Shown: piece after piece, positions 1-6,559 of the stretch | Position numbering within the stretch: the first letter of the stretch is position 1 | How the letters are laid out: each line of letters opens with the position of its first letter | NCBI GenBank assembly: GCA_017505945.1 | Contig: JAFVOG010000075.1 | Location: 461 to 64,460 of the forward strand | DNA: 64,000 nucleotides | Origin: Clostridia bacterium | Lineage (GTDB): Bacteria; Bacillota; Clostridia; Christensenellales; Borkfalkiaceae | Direction: 5' to 3' | Notes under the pieces: generated by a model | Told to the model about the DNA's origin: nothing | The model's input: only the letters and a program-made list of their open reading frames with translations | Databases searched by the model: none | Translations under genes and position numbers: made by a program

Positions 1-25
1 TTTTTTCGTTTTTTTTGCGATTTGA

Positions 26-62
26 GCAAAAAACGGAGCAACCGTATCTTGGGTTGCTCCGT
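26..62 (-). terminator. Intrinsic terminator downstream of the 739-aa exported protein gene
   Basis: Inverted repeat acggagcaacc (33-43) / gggttgctccgt (51-62). The A-run at 28-32 on the + strand gives a U-run after the hairpin on the - strand. Confidence 0.7.
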
Positions 63-81
63 TACGCCTTACGGCACGTGA

Positions 82-2301
82 TTATTCGTTTTCTTCTTCT
101 ACGGCTTTTTCCGCGTCTTTTTCGGCTTCTTCCGCCTTTTCTTCCGCGTCGTCGTCCGCATAAACGTCTATCGTCTTGTCGTCTTGCGTATCAATTTTAC
201 GCTTGTATGCGTTTACGGTTGCGTCTTCTTCCGCTTTTTTCGCTTTCTTCTTCGCGTTAGCAATGACAATCGCTACGATTACGCCTGCCACAATCAACGC
301 TACGCCGATACCGACAATCAGCCATACCACCCAAGCCTCTACTCCGTCTTCCGACGTTTCTTCCGTTTCCGACAAGAGCGTGTTGCTAAACGCTTGTTCC
401 ATTGCGTCCTTATCATCTTGCGTTACTTTGCCCACAAGCCCGATAAAGTTGCTTTCCAACGCGTTTTCAAATTCTTTTCCTGTTCCGAACTTTTCGATAA
501 ATTCGGTTACCGTCTTCTTTTGCGACGCGCTATACAAATCGATTACTTCGTCGTAAAGTGCCGTTTCGCCCGTACGGAAATAGTATTTCATAACACTCTT
601 TACCGTGTCGGTGAATTTAGTATCCGCCATATAATCTTGTACGGCTTTATATTTTTCGTTTCTTTCCTTAATTTCTTCTACCGTGCCAAGCTTTGCCGCG
701 TAAATATAATTGTACGACGTATCGCCAAACGATTGCACGTTAGCATACATCAGCGTATTGCCGATAAGTTCGGGCATATACCAGTCTTCTTTATTATTGA
801 AATCTACGTAGCTTACCGTTACGGGCTGGAATTCTGCCTTTTCCAAAATCGCGTTATAATCTTCCGCGTCCCCCGTGTACTTAATCATCGAAAGCGTTTG
901 ACCGTTACCGCCGTCCGTCGCCGTATAATAGTACAGCATTTGCGTCGTTTCGTCCAACTTCCAAAGGGTTGCCGAGCCAACCTTTTGCTTGGTCAGTTGC
1001 ACGATAGGCAAAGCCACGCCGTTTTCATTATCGTAACCGCCACGATAGATAAGTTCGTCTTTTACGTAGAAGTAATATTGTAAATCGTCTCCTGCATCAA
1101 ACAACGCCGTGCCCGTGTTCGTGGTGTTGGTCGCTACCGTTTCCAACGCGCTGTCCGCGTTACCCGTAATGGTATCCCAAGCGTCCGCTTGCACCGTCGT
1201 ATCGGCTACGTAATAAAGCTTTGCGTTTTCCCCTGCGGAATCGGTTTTTTGTACCGCCGTACGGGTAAAATACAAGCCGTGATTTCTATACCCCGTTATC
1301 GTATAGGTATAACCAGCCGTTTCGATACAACCTGCCATATCGTCACGCGTGTATTGCGTTTTCGACGTGCTCTTACCTACGCCGTCTAAAACGAGCGTAC
1401 CAAGGTTGACGTACGGATAGGTCGTATAATCGCTGAACACGTACGACGAACCGTTGTCGTTGGCTTCTTTCATTTCTTCTTCGTCAAAATCGTACGTATA
1501 GCCGTTAGAAACGGTGTAGGACGCTTTCGACGCGTCAATCGACGTTACCGTAGCGTCTGCGCTTACGCAGTACAGTTGGTCGTAACTTGCGTTTTCGCTG
1601 TTCAAGCTACCCTTCACGTTCATCGTGTAATATACGTTGCCGTTTTCCGCGTCTTCCAAATCGTAGAAGAATGCCGATTTCGCCCCCGAAACGAGTACCG
1701 TCGTGTCGCCCGTAGCCGTGTTATACGATTTTAACGCGCTGTTTTCTTCGTACAAGCAGTACACCGTTTCGTCTATTTCCACAAAACGGTATTTTGCCGA
1801 GTTGGTGGAAAGACGGAAGAACGCGTCTTCGGGAGCTTCGCTACCGTCGAGCTTTGCACGCTTAAAGTCAATGTTCGTGTTCCCTACGTTCCCTTCCATC
1901 GTATTGTACGTGGTAGGCGTTGCATAGTACACGTATTCGCCGTAGATATAAATACCTGCGTCGTAGTTTTGCGAAACGATAAGGGACGGCACTACCGTTT
2001 TCACGTCGTCGTAGTTGCCAGCCACAAGGTCCGCTTTCTTAATACGCATCAAAGCCGATTTTACAACTTCGCCGTATTTATTGCTCTTATCATAGCTGTC
2101 TTTACCGTTGATAAAGTACACGTAGTCGCCTTGTTCTACGGCAAAACCGCCGTTGGAATATACGGTAGCCGTCTTATCGAACGTACCGTCCAACGCGTCG
2201 CCCTTATACGCGGTAGAACCGCACCCTGCAAACGCCGTACACATACCTATGGTAGCCAGCAATATGCCTAAACTTTTTTTGATATTATCCTTCATTGTCA
2301 A
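82..2301 (-). CDS. Large exported repeat protein with lipoprotein signal peptide, Tyr-rich beta-propeller-like repeats (DUF5050-like), C-terminal TM helix and acidic tail
   Basis: 739-aa ORF. The N-terminus MTMKDNIKKSLGILLATIGMCTAFAGCGS contains a lipobox (FAGC). Recurrent strand-like motifs are present (YVYFING, YVYYATP, VYCLYEE, VYYTMNV, LYYVADT, LYYYTAT). The C-terminal helix AWVVWLIVGIGVALIVAGVIVAIVIA is followed by a KKKAKKAEED... acidic tail. Confidence 0.85.
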   Translation of the reverse strand: MTMKDNIKKSLGILLATIGMCTAFAGCGSTAYKGDALDGTFDKTATVYSNGGFAVEQGDYVYFINGKDSYDKSNKYGEVVKSALMRIKKADLVAGNYDDVKTVVPSLIVSQNYDAGIYIYGEYVYYATPTTYNTMEGNVGNTNIDFKRAKLDGSEAPEDAFFRLSTNSAKYRFVEIDETVYCLYEENSALKSYNTATGDTTVLVSGAKSAFFYDLEDAENGNVYYTMNVKGSLNSENASYDQLYCVSADATVTSIDASKASYTVSNGYTYDFDEEEMKEANDNGSSYVFSDYTTYPYVNLGTLVLDGVGKSTSKTQYTRDDMAGCIETAGYTYTITGYRNHGLYFTRTAVQKTDSAGENAKLYYVADTTVQADAWDTITGNADSALETVATNTTNTGTALFDAGDDLQYYFYVKDELIYRGGYDNENGVALPIVQLTKQKVGSATLWKLDETTQMLYYYTATDGGNGQTLSMIKYTGDAEDYNAILEKAEFQPVTVSYVDFNNKEDWYMPELIGNTLMYANVQSFGDTSYNYIYAAKLGTVEEIKERNEKYKAVQDYMADTKFTDTVKSVMKYYFRTGETALYDEVIDLYSASQKKTVTEFIEKFGTGKEFENALESNFIGLVGKVTQDDKDAMEQAFSNTLLSETEETSEDGVEAWVVWLIVGIGVALIVAGVIVAIVIANAKKKAKKAEEDATVNAYKRKIDTQDDKTIDVYADDDAEEKAEEAEKDAEKAVEEENE

Positions 2302-2430
2302 GGACTCCTTACAATTCTCTGCGCAAGCGAATTTTTACAAGTAGTGATAATTCGCCTACTTTAACGCATATTCTATTATATATCAAAATGCAAAGCAAAG
2401 CAATCAAAAACACCCCGTTACACAGCATTT

Positions 2431-2715
2431 TTGCGTGAAAATTTTTTATTGCGGAGCATTTTTTGCAATTTAGCGACAAGGAGCGTGATTTTTTTGCAAC
2501 CGTTTGGATTATTTTCCCTATTACAAACGCTGGCGAGCAGTGCCACCGCCCCCCAAACGCCACCTGCGGACGATACAAACGCACCGTCCGCCGAACCTTG
2601 TGAACAACCAGTGGTGGACGAACCGCGCGACACGGCAAACGAAAGCAATCGGCAAGCCGTTTTGCAATTTTTACAAGCCCACGAACAACGCGCCAAGCAA
2701 ATAAAAAAACGGTAA
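2431..2715 (+). CDS. Hypothetical small Pro/Ala/Asp-rich protein (weak call, start uncertain)
   Basis: 94-aa ORF followed by the hairpin terminator at 2722-2738. AAGGAG lies upstream of in-frame GTG/TTG codons inside the ORF. No recognisable domain. Confidence 0.25.
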   Translation: MRENFLLRSIFCNLATRSVIFLQPFGLFSLLQTLASSATAPQTPPADDTNAPSAEPCEQPVVDEPRDTANESNRQAVLQFLQAHEQRAKQIKKR

Positions 2716-2750
2716 AGAAAAACACCCCACTGGGGTGTTTATTATTGTTT
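2715..2750. terminator. Bidirectional hairpin terminator
   Basis: acacccca (2722-2729) / tggggtgt (2731-2738), flanked by an A-run upstream and a T-run downstream. Confidence 0.6.
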
Positions 2751-2987
2751 TTTATTCTTTATTTTTTCTATTATCCACTTTATGAAAAATACCGCGCCCG
2801 CTATCAGTCCCACCTTTACTAAAGTAACGTTACGCTAGTTCACACAAGCGGTAATACTTGTTCTTTGGGCGTTGCGCTTATGATAGAGCCAACGTCCTTT
2901 TTTACCCAAATACATATAATAAATAGTATGGCTAAAACAAATACGACAATCCGCCAAGCCTGTATTTTTTATCTTTCATTTTTCTCC

Positions 2988-3317
2988 TTAAAAAACACCT
3001 TTATTGTATTTTATCATAGCGTAAACACTAATGATACCGCCCACGACAAGCCCTGCAATCAGCACGGCGTTCCCGACATATTCAAACGCTATACTCGCCG
3101 TGAAAAAGTACACGCAGGAAAAGATACCGAATAAAAGCAACGCCACACCCATTATCATTGTGCCCACCCCTATCAACTTAGAAAATATAGGCAAATCTTC
3201 TTGCGTTACGCGTTTTCTATGTTTGCGTTTTAACGTGCCGATATGCCCGTTTATATTCAACACGCCCATTACGATACATACGATACCTAAAATTATTGCA
3301 ACAATAAACTTGGACAT
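2988..3317 (-). CDS. Small integral membrane protein (about 3 TM helices), unknown function
   Basis: The ORF track gives 2988..3347 (GTG start). I prefer the ATG at 3317 (MSKFIVAIILG...), preceded by AAAAAGGGGAAAAGG. Hydrophobic segments: IVAIILGIVCIVMGV, LIGVGTMIMGVALLLFGIF, AVLIAGLVVGGIISVYA. Confidence 0.7.
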   Translation of the reverse strand: MSKFIVAIILGIVCIVMGVLNINGHIGTLKRKHRKRVTQEDLPIFSKLIGVGTMIMGVALLLFGIFSCVYFFTASIAFEYVGNAVLIAGLVVGGIISVYAMIKYNKGVF

Positions 3318-3402
3318 ACCTTTTCCCCTTTTTCTATATTCTAACACATGAAAGAAAAGATGTCAATGTAATTGCCCTTTCTACTTTGCAAGAATTTCTC
3401 TA

Positions 3403-3867
3403 TTACAAATATAAATTGACAATCTCTTTCTTTTTCTTTACCGCGTATGCATAGGCAATTTTTGTACCGCTACGCCGTTGTAATTGTGACACGTGGTTCT
3501 CATTATAATAAAAAATGCAATAGGTTGCGTTGTCTATCATTTCATAATTACGTTCGACGTACGCATATTTCCCAGCGTTTTGCAAACGGGGTGGATAGTA
3601 CGTTTCTTCATACAACCCAAGCAAATATTCTTCATAAGCTTTATCTATCTTTGGATAGTCCGCCCTAACGTATATCCTTCTAATAAAAGGATATTCTTTT
3701 TTTATTTGCGTAACCACCTGCCAAGACAAATGGTCAAATGCACTTTTGCTACCAAAAAGAAAGGACGTTGCCCCCTTATTGATAAAATGAATAATGCTTT
3801 CTTTTAATCTTACTCTAAGCTCTTCCGTTTTCTCAATCGTTCTATGCCCTATAAAGCAAACTTGCAT
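3403..3867 (-). CDS. DUF1273/YpsA-YoqJ-like SLOG-superfamily protein, paralogue 1
   Basis: 154 aa. N-terminal CFIGHR motif, GSKSAFDHLS (G..FD) motif, ERNYEMIDNATYCIFYY and RSGTKIAYAY motifs shared with the ORFs at 44625 and 49827. RBS AGGGG upstream of the ATG. Confidence 0.8.
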   Translation of the reverse strand: MQVCFIGHRTIEKTEELRVRLKESIIHFINKGATSFLFGSKSAFDHLSWQVVTQIKKEYPFIRRIYVRADYPKIDKAYEEYLLGLYEETYYPPRLQNAGKYAYVERNYEMIDNATYCIFYYNENHVSQLQRRSGTKIAYAYAVKKKKEIVNLYL

Positions 3868-3882
3868 ATTTTAACCCCTATT

Positions 3883-4010
3883 TTCGTGGAATTCCGTAAT
3901 TATTATACTAAAAAATACACAATACTGTCAATATCGTGGAGTTCCACGAGAGAATATTTTTCACGGTTCGTATAATAATTTCGTGGAATTCCGTATAGGA
4001 ATTCCACGAA
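3883..4010. promoter_or_regulatory. Divergent promoter region carrying three CGTGGAA-type palindromic operator-like sites
   Basis: O1 TTCGTGGAATTCCG 3883-3896. O2 TCGTGGAGTTCCACGA 3934-3949. O3 is a perfect inverted repeat TTCGTGGAATTCC-GTATA-GGAATTCCACGAA at 3980-4010. The minus-strand promoter is TTGACA (3931-3926) - 18 nt - TATAAT (3907-3902). The plus-strand TATAAT is at 3971-3976. Confidence 0.6.
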
Positions 4011-4020
4011 GGGGCTTATT

Positions 4021-4254
4021 ATGAATATCAACGACGCCATCATTACAAGAATTGAAGAAATTTGCAAAGAAAAGAATATCAACGTTTGCGAAGCGACGTT
4101 AAACGGCGGAAAATCTCCGTCCGCGATATACGACTTAATCAAAGGGAGAACAAAATGCTCCAAAGTGTCCACTATCAAAGCCTTTTGTCAAGGCGCAGGT
4201 ATCACTTTGTCGGAGTTTTTCAATAAAGAATATTTTAACGACTTTGAGGACTAA
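4021..4254 (+). CDS. XRE/Cro-C1-type helix-turn-helix transcriptional regulator
   Basis: 77 aa. NINVCEATLNGGKSPSAIYDLIKGRTK...STIKAFCQGAGITLSEFF fits the short HTH_XRE layout. GGGG RBS-like run 5 nt upstream of the ATG. Divergent from the DUF1273 gene. Confidence 0.8.
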   Translation: MNINDAIITRIEEICKEKNINVCEATLNGGKSPSAIYDLIKGRTKCSKVSTIKAFCQGAGITLSEFFNKEYFNDFED

Positions 4255-4263
4255 TAACTAAAA

Positions 4264-4293
4264 ATATCCACGCTTTTTCGTGGATATTTTTTA
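4264..4293 (+). terminator. Intrinsic terminator of the HTH gene
   Basis: atatccacg (4264-4272) / cgtggatat (4279-4287) followed by a T-run. The arms contain the same CGTGGA half-site as the operators. Confidence 0.7.
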
Positions 4294-4297
4294 TTCC

Positions 4298-4322
4298 TTT
4301 ACCTTCTCCCGTCGGAGAAGGT
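4298..4322 (+). repeat. Solo hairpin copy of the ACCTTCTCC-N4-GGAGAAGGT repeat family
   Basis: tttaccttctcccgtcggagaaggt is identical to the 5' hairpin of the 161-bp repeats at 9824 and 10367. Confidence 0.7.
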
Positions 4323-4333
4323 TTTCCTTTACG

Positions 4334-4372
4334 TAAAAATCCCCGAAACACAAGGTTTCGGGGATTGCTTTT
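4334..4372. terminator. Bidirectional terminator (serves rpsI on the - strand)
   Basis: aatccccgaaac (4338-4349) / gtttcggggatt (4355-4366), with an A-run before and T-rich sequence after. Confidence 0.75.
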
Positions 4373-4390
4373 GTTGTGGATTGCTCCGAA

Positions 4391-4804
4391 TTATCTCTTG
4401 GAGAATTGAGGAGCGCGACGAGCTTTCTTCAAGCCGTACTTCTTTCTTTCCTTTGCACGGGGGTCTCTCGTTAAGAAACCTGCCGCCTTCAAGGTAGGAC
4501 GGGAATTTTCTTCCGCTTCCAAAAGTGCACGTGCAACGCCAAGACGGATTGCACCTGCTTGACCCGTGTAACCGCCACCGATTACGTTTACGATTACGTC
4601 GTATTTTGCTTCCGCTTCAACAGCAACGAGGGGTTGCTTTACGATATATTGAAGGGTGCCTTGGGGGAAGTAATCTTCAAAAGCGCGGTCGTTAATTACA
4701 ATCGTGCCGTTGCCACCAGGGATAAGGCGAACACGAGCGATTGCCTTCTTTCTTCTACCCGTTCCCCAGAATTGAATTTTCTTTTTAACGTTTGCCTTTG
4801 CCAT
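4391..4804 (-). CDS. rpsI: 30S ribosomal protein S9
   Basis: 137 aa. [14 protein letters not shown]...[19 protein letters not shown]...[10 protein letters not shown] is the canonical S9 signature. Confidence 0.95.
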   Translation of the reverse strand: MAKANVKKKIQFWGTGRRKKAIARVRLIPGGNGTIVINDRAFEDYFPQGTLQYIVKQPLVAVEAEAKYDVIVNVIGGGYTGQAGAIRLGVARALLEAEENSRPTLKAAGFLTRDPRAKERKKYGLKKARRAPQFSKR

Positions 4805-4820
4805 TTTTCAATCCTCTCCT

Positions 4821-5252
4821 TTAGTCAACTTTAAGCACTTCGGGCTTTTGCGCGCTGTGATTGTGTTCCGCACCCTTATAAACGCGGAGCTTCTTCAACA
4901 TTTGTCTGCCAAGCGAGTTTTTGGGGAGCATACCCTTTACCGCTTCGTAAACGGCAAGGTCGCTCTTTTCCGCCATCATCTTCTTGTAAGGGATTTCCTT
5001 CAAGTTGCCGATGTAGCCGGTGTGGTATCTATACATTTTATCTTCCAACTTGTTGCCCGTCAAAACCACTTTGTCGGTGTTGATAACGATAACGAAATCG
5101 CCCGTATCAACGTTGGGAGTGTAGGTGGGTTTGTGCTTGCCTCTCAAAACAGCTGCGACGCGGGTAGCAAGACGGCCGAGGGGAAGACCCGCAGCATCTA
5201 CGACGTACCATTTTCTCTCAACCGTTTCGGCGTGTGCCATATAGGTTTTCAT
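4821..5252 (-). CDS. rplM: 50S ribosomal protein L13
   Basis: 143 aa. [45 protein letters not shown] is the canonical L13 N-terminus. Lies upstream of rpsI, as in most bacteria. Confidence 0.95.
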   Translation of the reverse strand: MKTYMAHAETVERKWYVVDAAGLPLGRLATRVAAVLRGKHKPTYTPNVDTGDFVIVINTDKVVLTGNKLEDKMYRYHTGYIGNLKEIPYKKMMAEKSDLAVYEAVKGMLPKNSLGRQMLKKLRVYKGAEHNHSAQKPEVLKVD

Positions 5253-5378
5253 AATATGTTACTCCTTTCAATCGTATGTTTTTCTTTTTTCATTTCTCGC
5301 CTATTCTCGCCCACGAAAACCGCTTAACTAACGGGGAAAGACGTGTTTTTCGTAGCATTTTCCTAAGCTTGCCTATTT

Positions 5379-5407
5379 ATTGTATTATGAAACAAATTTT
5401 AAGTCAA
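5379..5407 (-). promoter_or_regulatory. Sigma-A-type promoter of rplM-rpsI
   Basis: On the - strand: TTGACT (5407-5402) - 17 nt - TACAAT (5384-5379). This leaves a leader of about 125 nt before the rplM ATG. Confidence 0.55.
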
Positions 5408-5518
5408 GCTGTTTTGCATACCCTTTTTCAATTTTTTTGAAAATTTTTCATTTTTTTTCTCAAATTGAAAAAAAGCGGATTTTTTTAGATTTTTCCGCAT
5501 ATTTCCTTATATATATAA

Positions 5519-5553
5519 TGAAAAAAAGCGGAGCTGACCACCGTCAGCTCCGC
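5519..5553 (-). terminator. Intrinsic terminator ending the AAA+/YbjN operon
   Basis: gcggagctgac (5528-5538) / gtcagctccgc (5543-5553). The A7 run at 5521-5527 on the + strand is a U-run on the - strand. Confidence 0.8.
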
Positions 5554-5572
5554 CGTAAAAATCCACCCTCGC

Positions 5573-6046
5573 TTACGCGTGCTTTTTCATAAATTGTTCG
5601 ATGGTAATTTGACCTTTATCCAACATCAACAATTCGTCGTTATAGTCGTCCACCGTATTTGCCGCTACGTTAATCATATAGTTAAACGCACCGTCGCCCA
5701 AAACCGCGCCCTTATAGCTTGCGCTTAAACGGAACGCTATCGCGCCGTCTTTGTAGTTAAAATCAAAGCTACCTGCAATCATTTTATAGTTAGCTTGCAA
5801 TACCGCACGGGAAACCGCGTCGGGGTTGTTGGTGGCATTGAACGGGAGCCAGCTCATCAAACGCACCAAAGCGCGGTCCGCATCTACGAACATCACGAAA
5901 GACATATTCAAATCGTCGCCCGATACGTTAAAGCGCACCATCAACTTTTCTTCTTCCTTCGTGTACTTCCATTTTCTTCTATCCAAAGCGTCGCAAAGTG
6001 CTTTATAAGTAGCCACAGCTTCTTTTAATTGTTTCTTATCAGCCAT
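5573..6046 (-). CDS. YbjN-like (type III secretion chaperone-fold) protein, copy 2
   Basis: 157 aa, acidic. Layout W.Y....-....F.V.GDD....F..VDADRALVRLMSWLP...AVLQANYKMIAGSFDF..DGAIAFRLS recalls the YbjN family. Paralogous to the upstream ORF. Confidence 0.6.
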   Translation of the reverse strand: MADKKQLKEAVATYKALCDALDRRKWKYTKEEEKLMVRFNVSGDDLNMSFVMFVDADRALVRLMSWLPFNATNNPDAVSRAVLQANYKMIAGSFDFNYKDGAIAFRLSASYKGAVLGDGAFNYMINVAANTVDDYNDELLMLDKGQITIEQFMKKHA

Positions 6047-6061
6047 TTTCTTTTACCCCCC

Positions 6062-6532
6062 TTACTTTCTCAATTCGTCGTACAGTTCGTCCACGGTCAA
6101 GTACCCTTTAACGACGCGTCTAAACTTCTCCATATACATATCCGCCGAAGAAATAGAAACGCCCAAAAGATAGTTAAACCATTCTTCACTTACCACGCTG
6201 TCTCTAAACGACGACGTACAACGGTACAAAAGGTTTCCCTTTTCTTGACCGAAATCGTACGCGCCGTGTACCAAACAGTAGTTGACTACGTTTACCGCGT
6301 GCGCCATCGTTTCGCGCATATCTTCGGGTACTTTCAAATCTAAGAATACCCACGTAATTGCCACTTCTCTATCCGCGTCCAAGTACATACGTACGTCCAA
6401 CGTGCCGTTGTCACCGCTTACCTTACAAGAAATCTTATACTTTTCCTCATCCTTGTCGTACGTCCAACCGCGATTATCAAGCATTTTGCACATGGCTTTA
6501 TACCATTTTGCTACCGTTTTGTTGTCTGCCAT
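6062..6532 (-). CDS. YbjN-like (type III secretion chaperone-fold) protein, copy 1
   Basis: 156 aa. Same architecture as 5573..6046 (MADxK start, RGWTYDKDEEKYKISCKVSGDNG..., NVVNYCLVHGAYDF). 15-nt gap to the next gene. Confidence 0.6.
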   Translation of the reverse strand: MADNKTVAKWYKAMCKMLDNRGWTYDKDEEKYKISCKVSGDNGTLDVRMYLDADREVAITWVFLDLKVPEDMRETMAHAVNVVNYCLVHGAYDFGQEKGNLLYRCTSSFRDSVVSEEWFNYLLGVSISSADMYMEKFRRVVKGYLTVDELYDELRK

Positions 6533-6559
6533 AATATTCTCCTTTATCTATTATTATTT

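Noticed and set aside
2742-2813. 23-codon - strand ORF, VGLIAGAVFFIKWIIEKIKNKKQ (hydrophobic then Lys-rich, type I toxin-like), ending at the 2722-2738 terminator.
   Set aside because: It has only a GTG start, with no Shine-Dalgarno, no visible antisense RNA promoter and no repeat of the motif elsewhere. The evidence is too weak to call. It could be revisited with Ribo-seq.
3903-4178. 91-aa ORF antisense to the XRE regulator gene and the operator region.
   Set aside because: It overlaps the well-supported HTH gene and both promoters, and has no RBS.
5253-5378. Possible ribosomal-protein (L13) leader upstream of rplM, and similarly a possible L21 leader at 37251-37364.
   Set aside because: The leaders are long enough (about 110-125 nt), but I could not find a convincing conserved structure by eye or match the known leader motifs from memory. 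This needs an Rfam scan.
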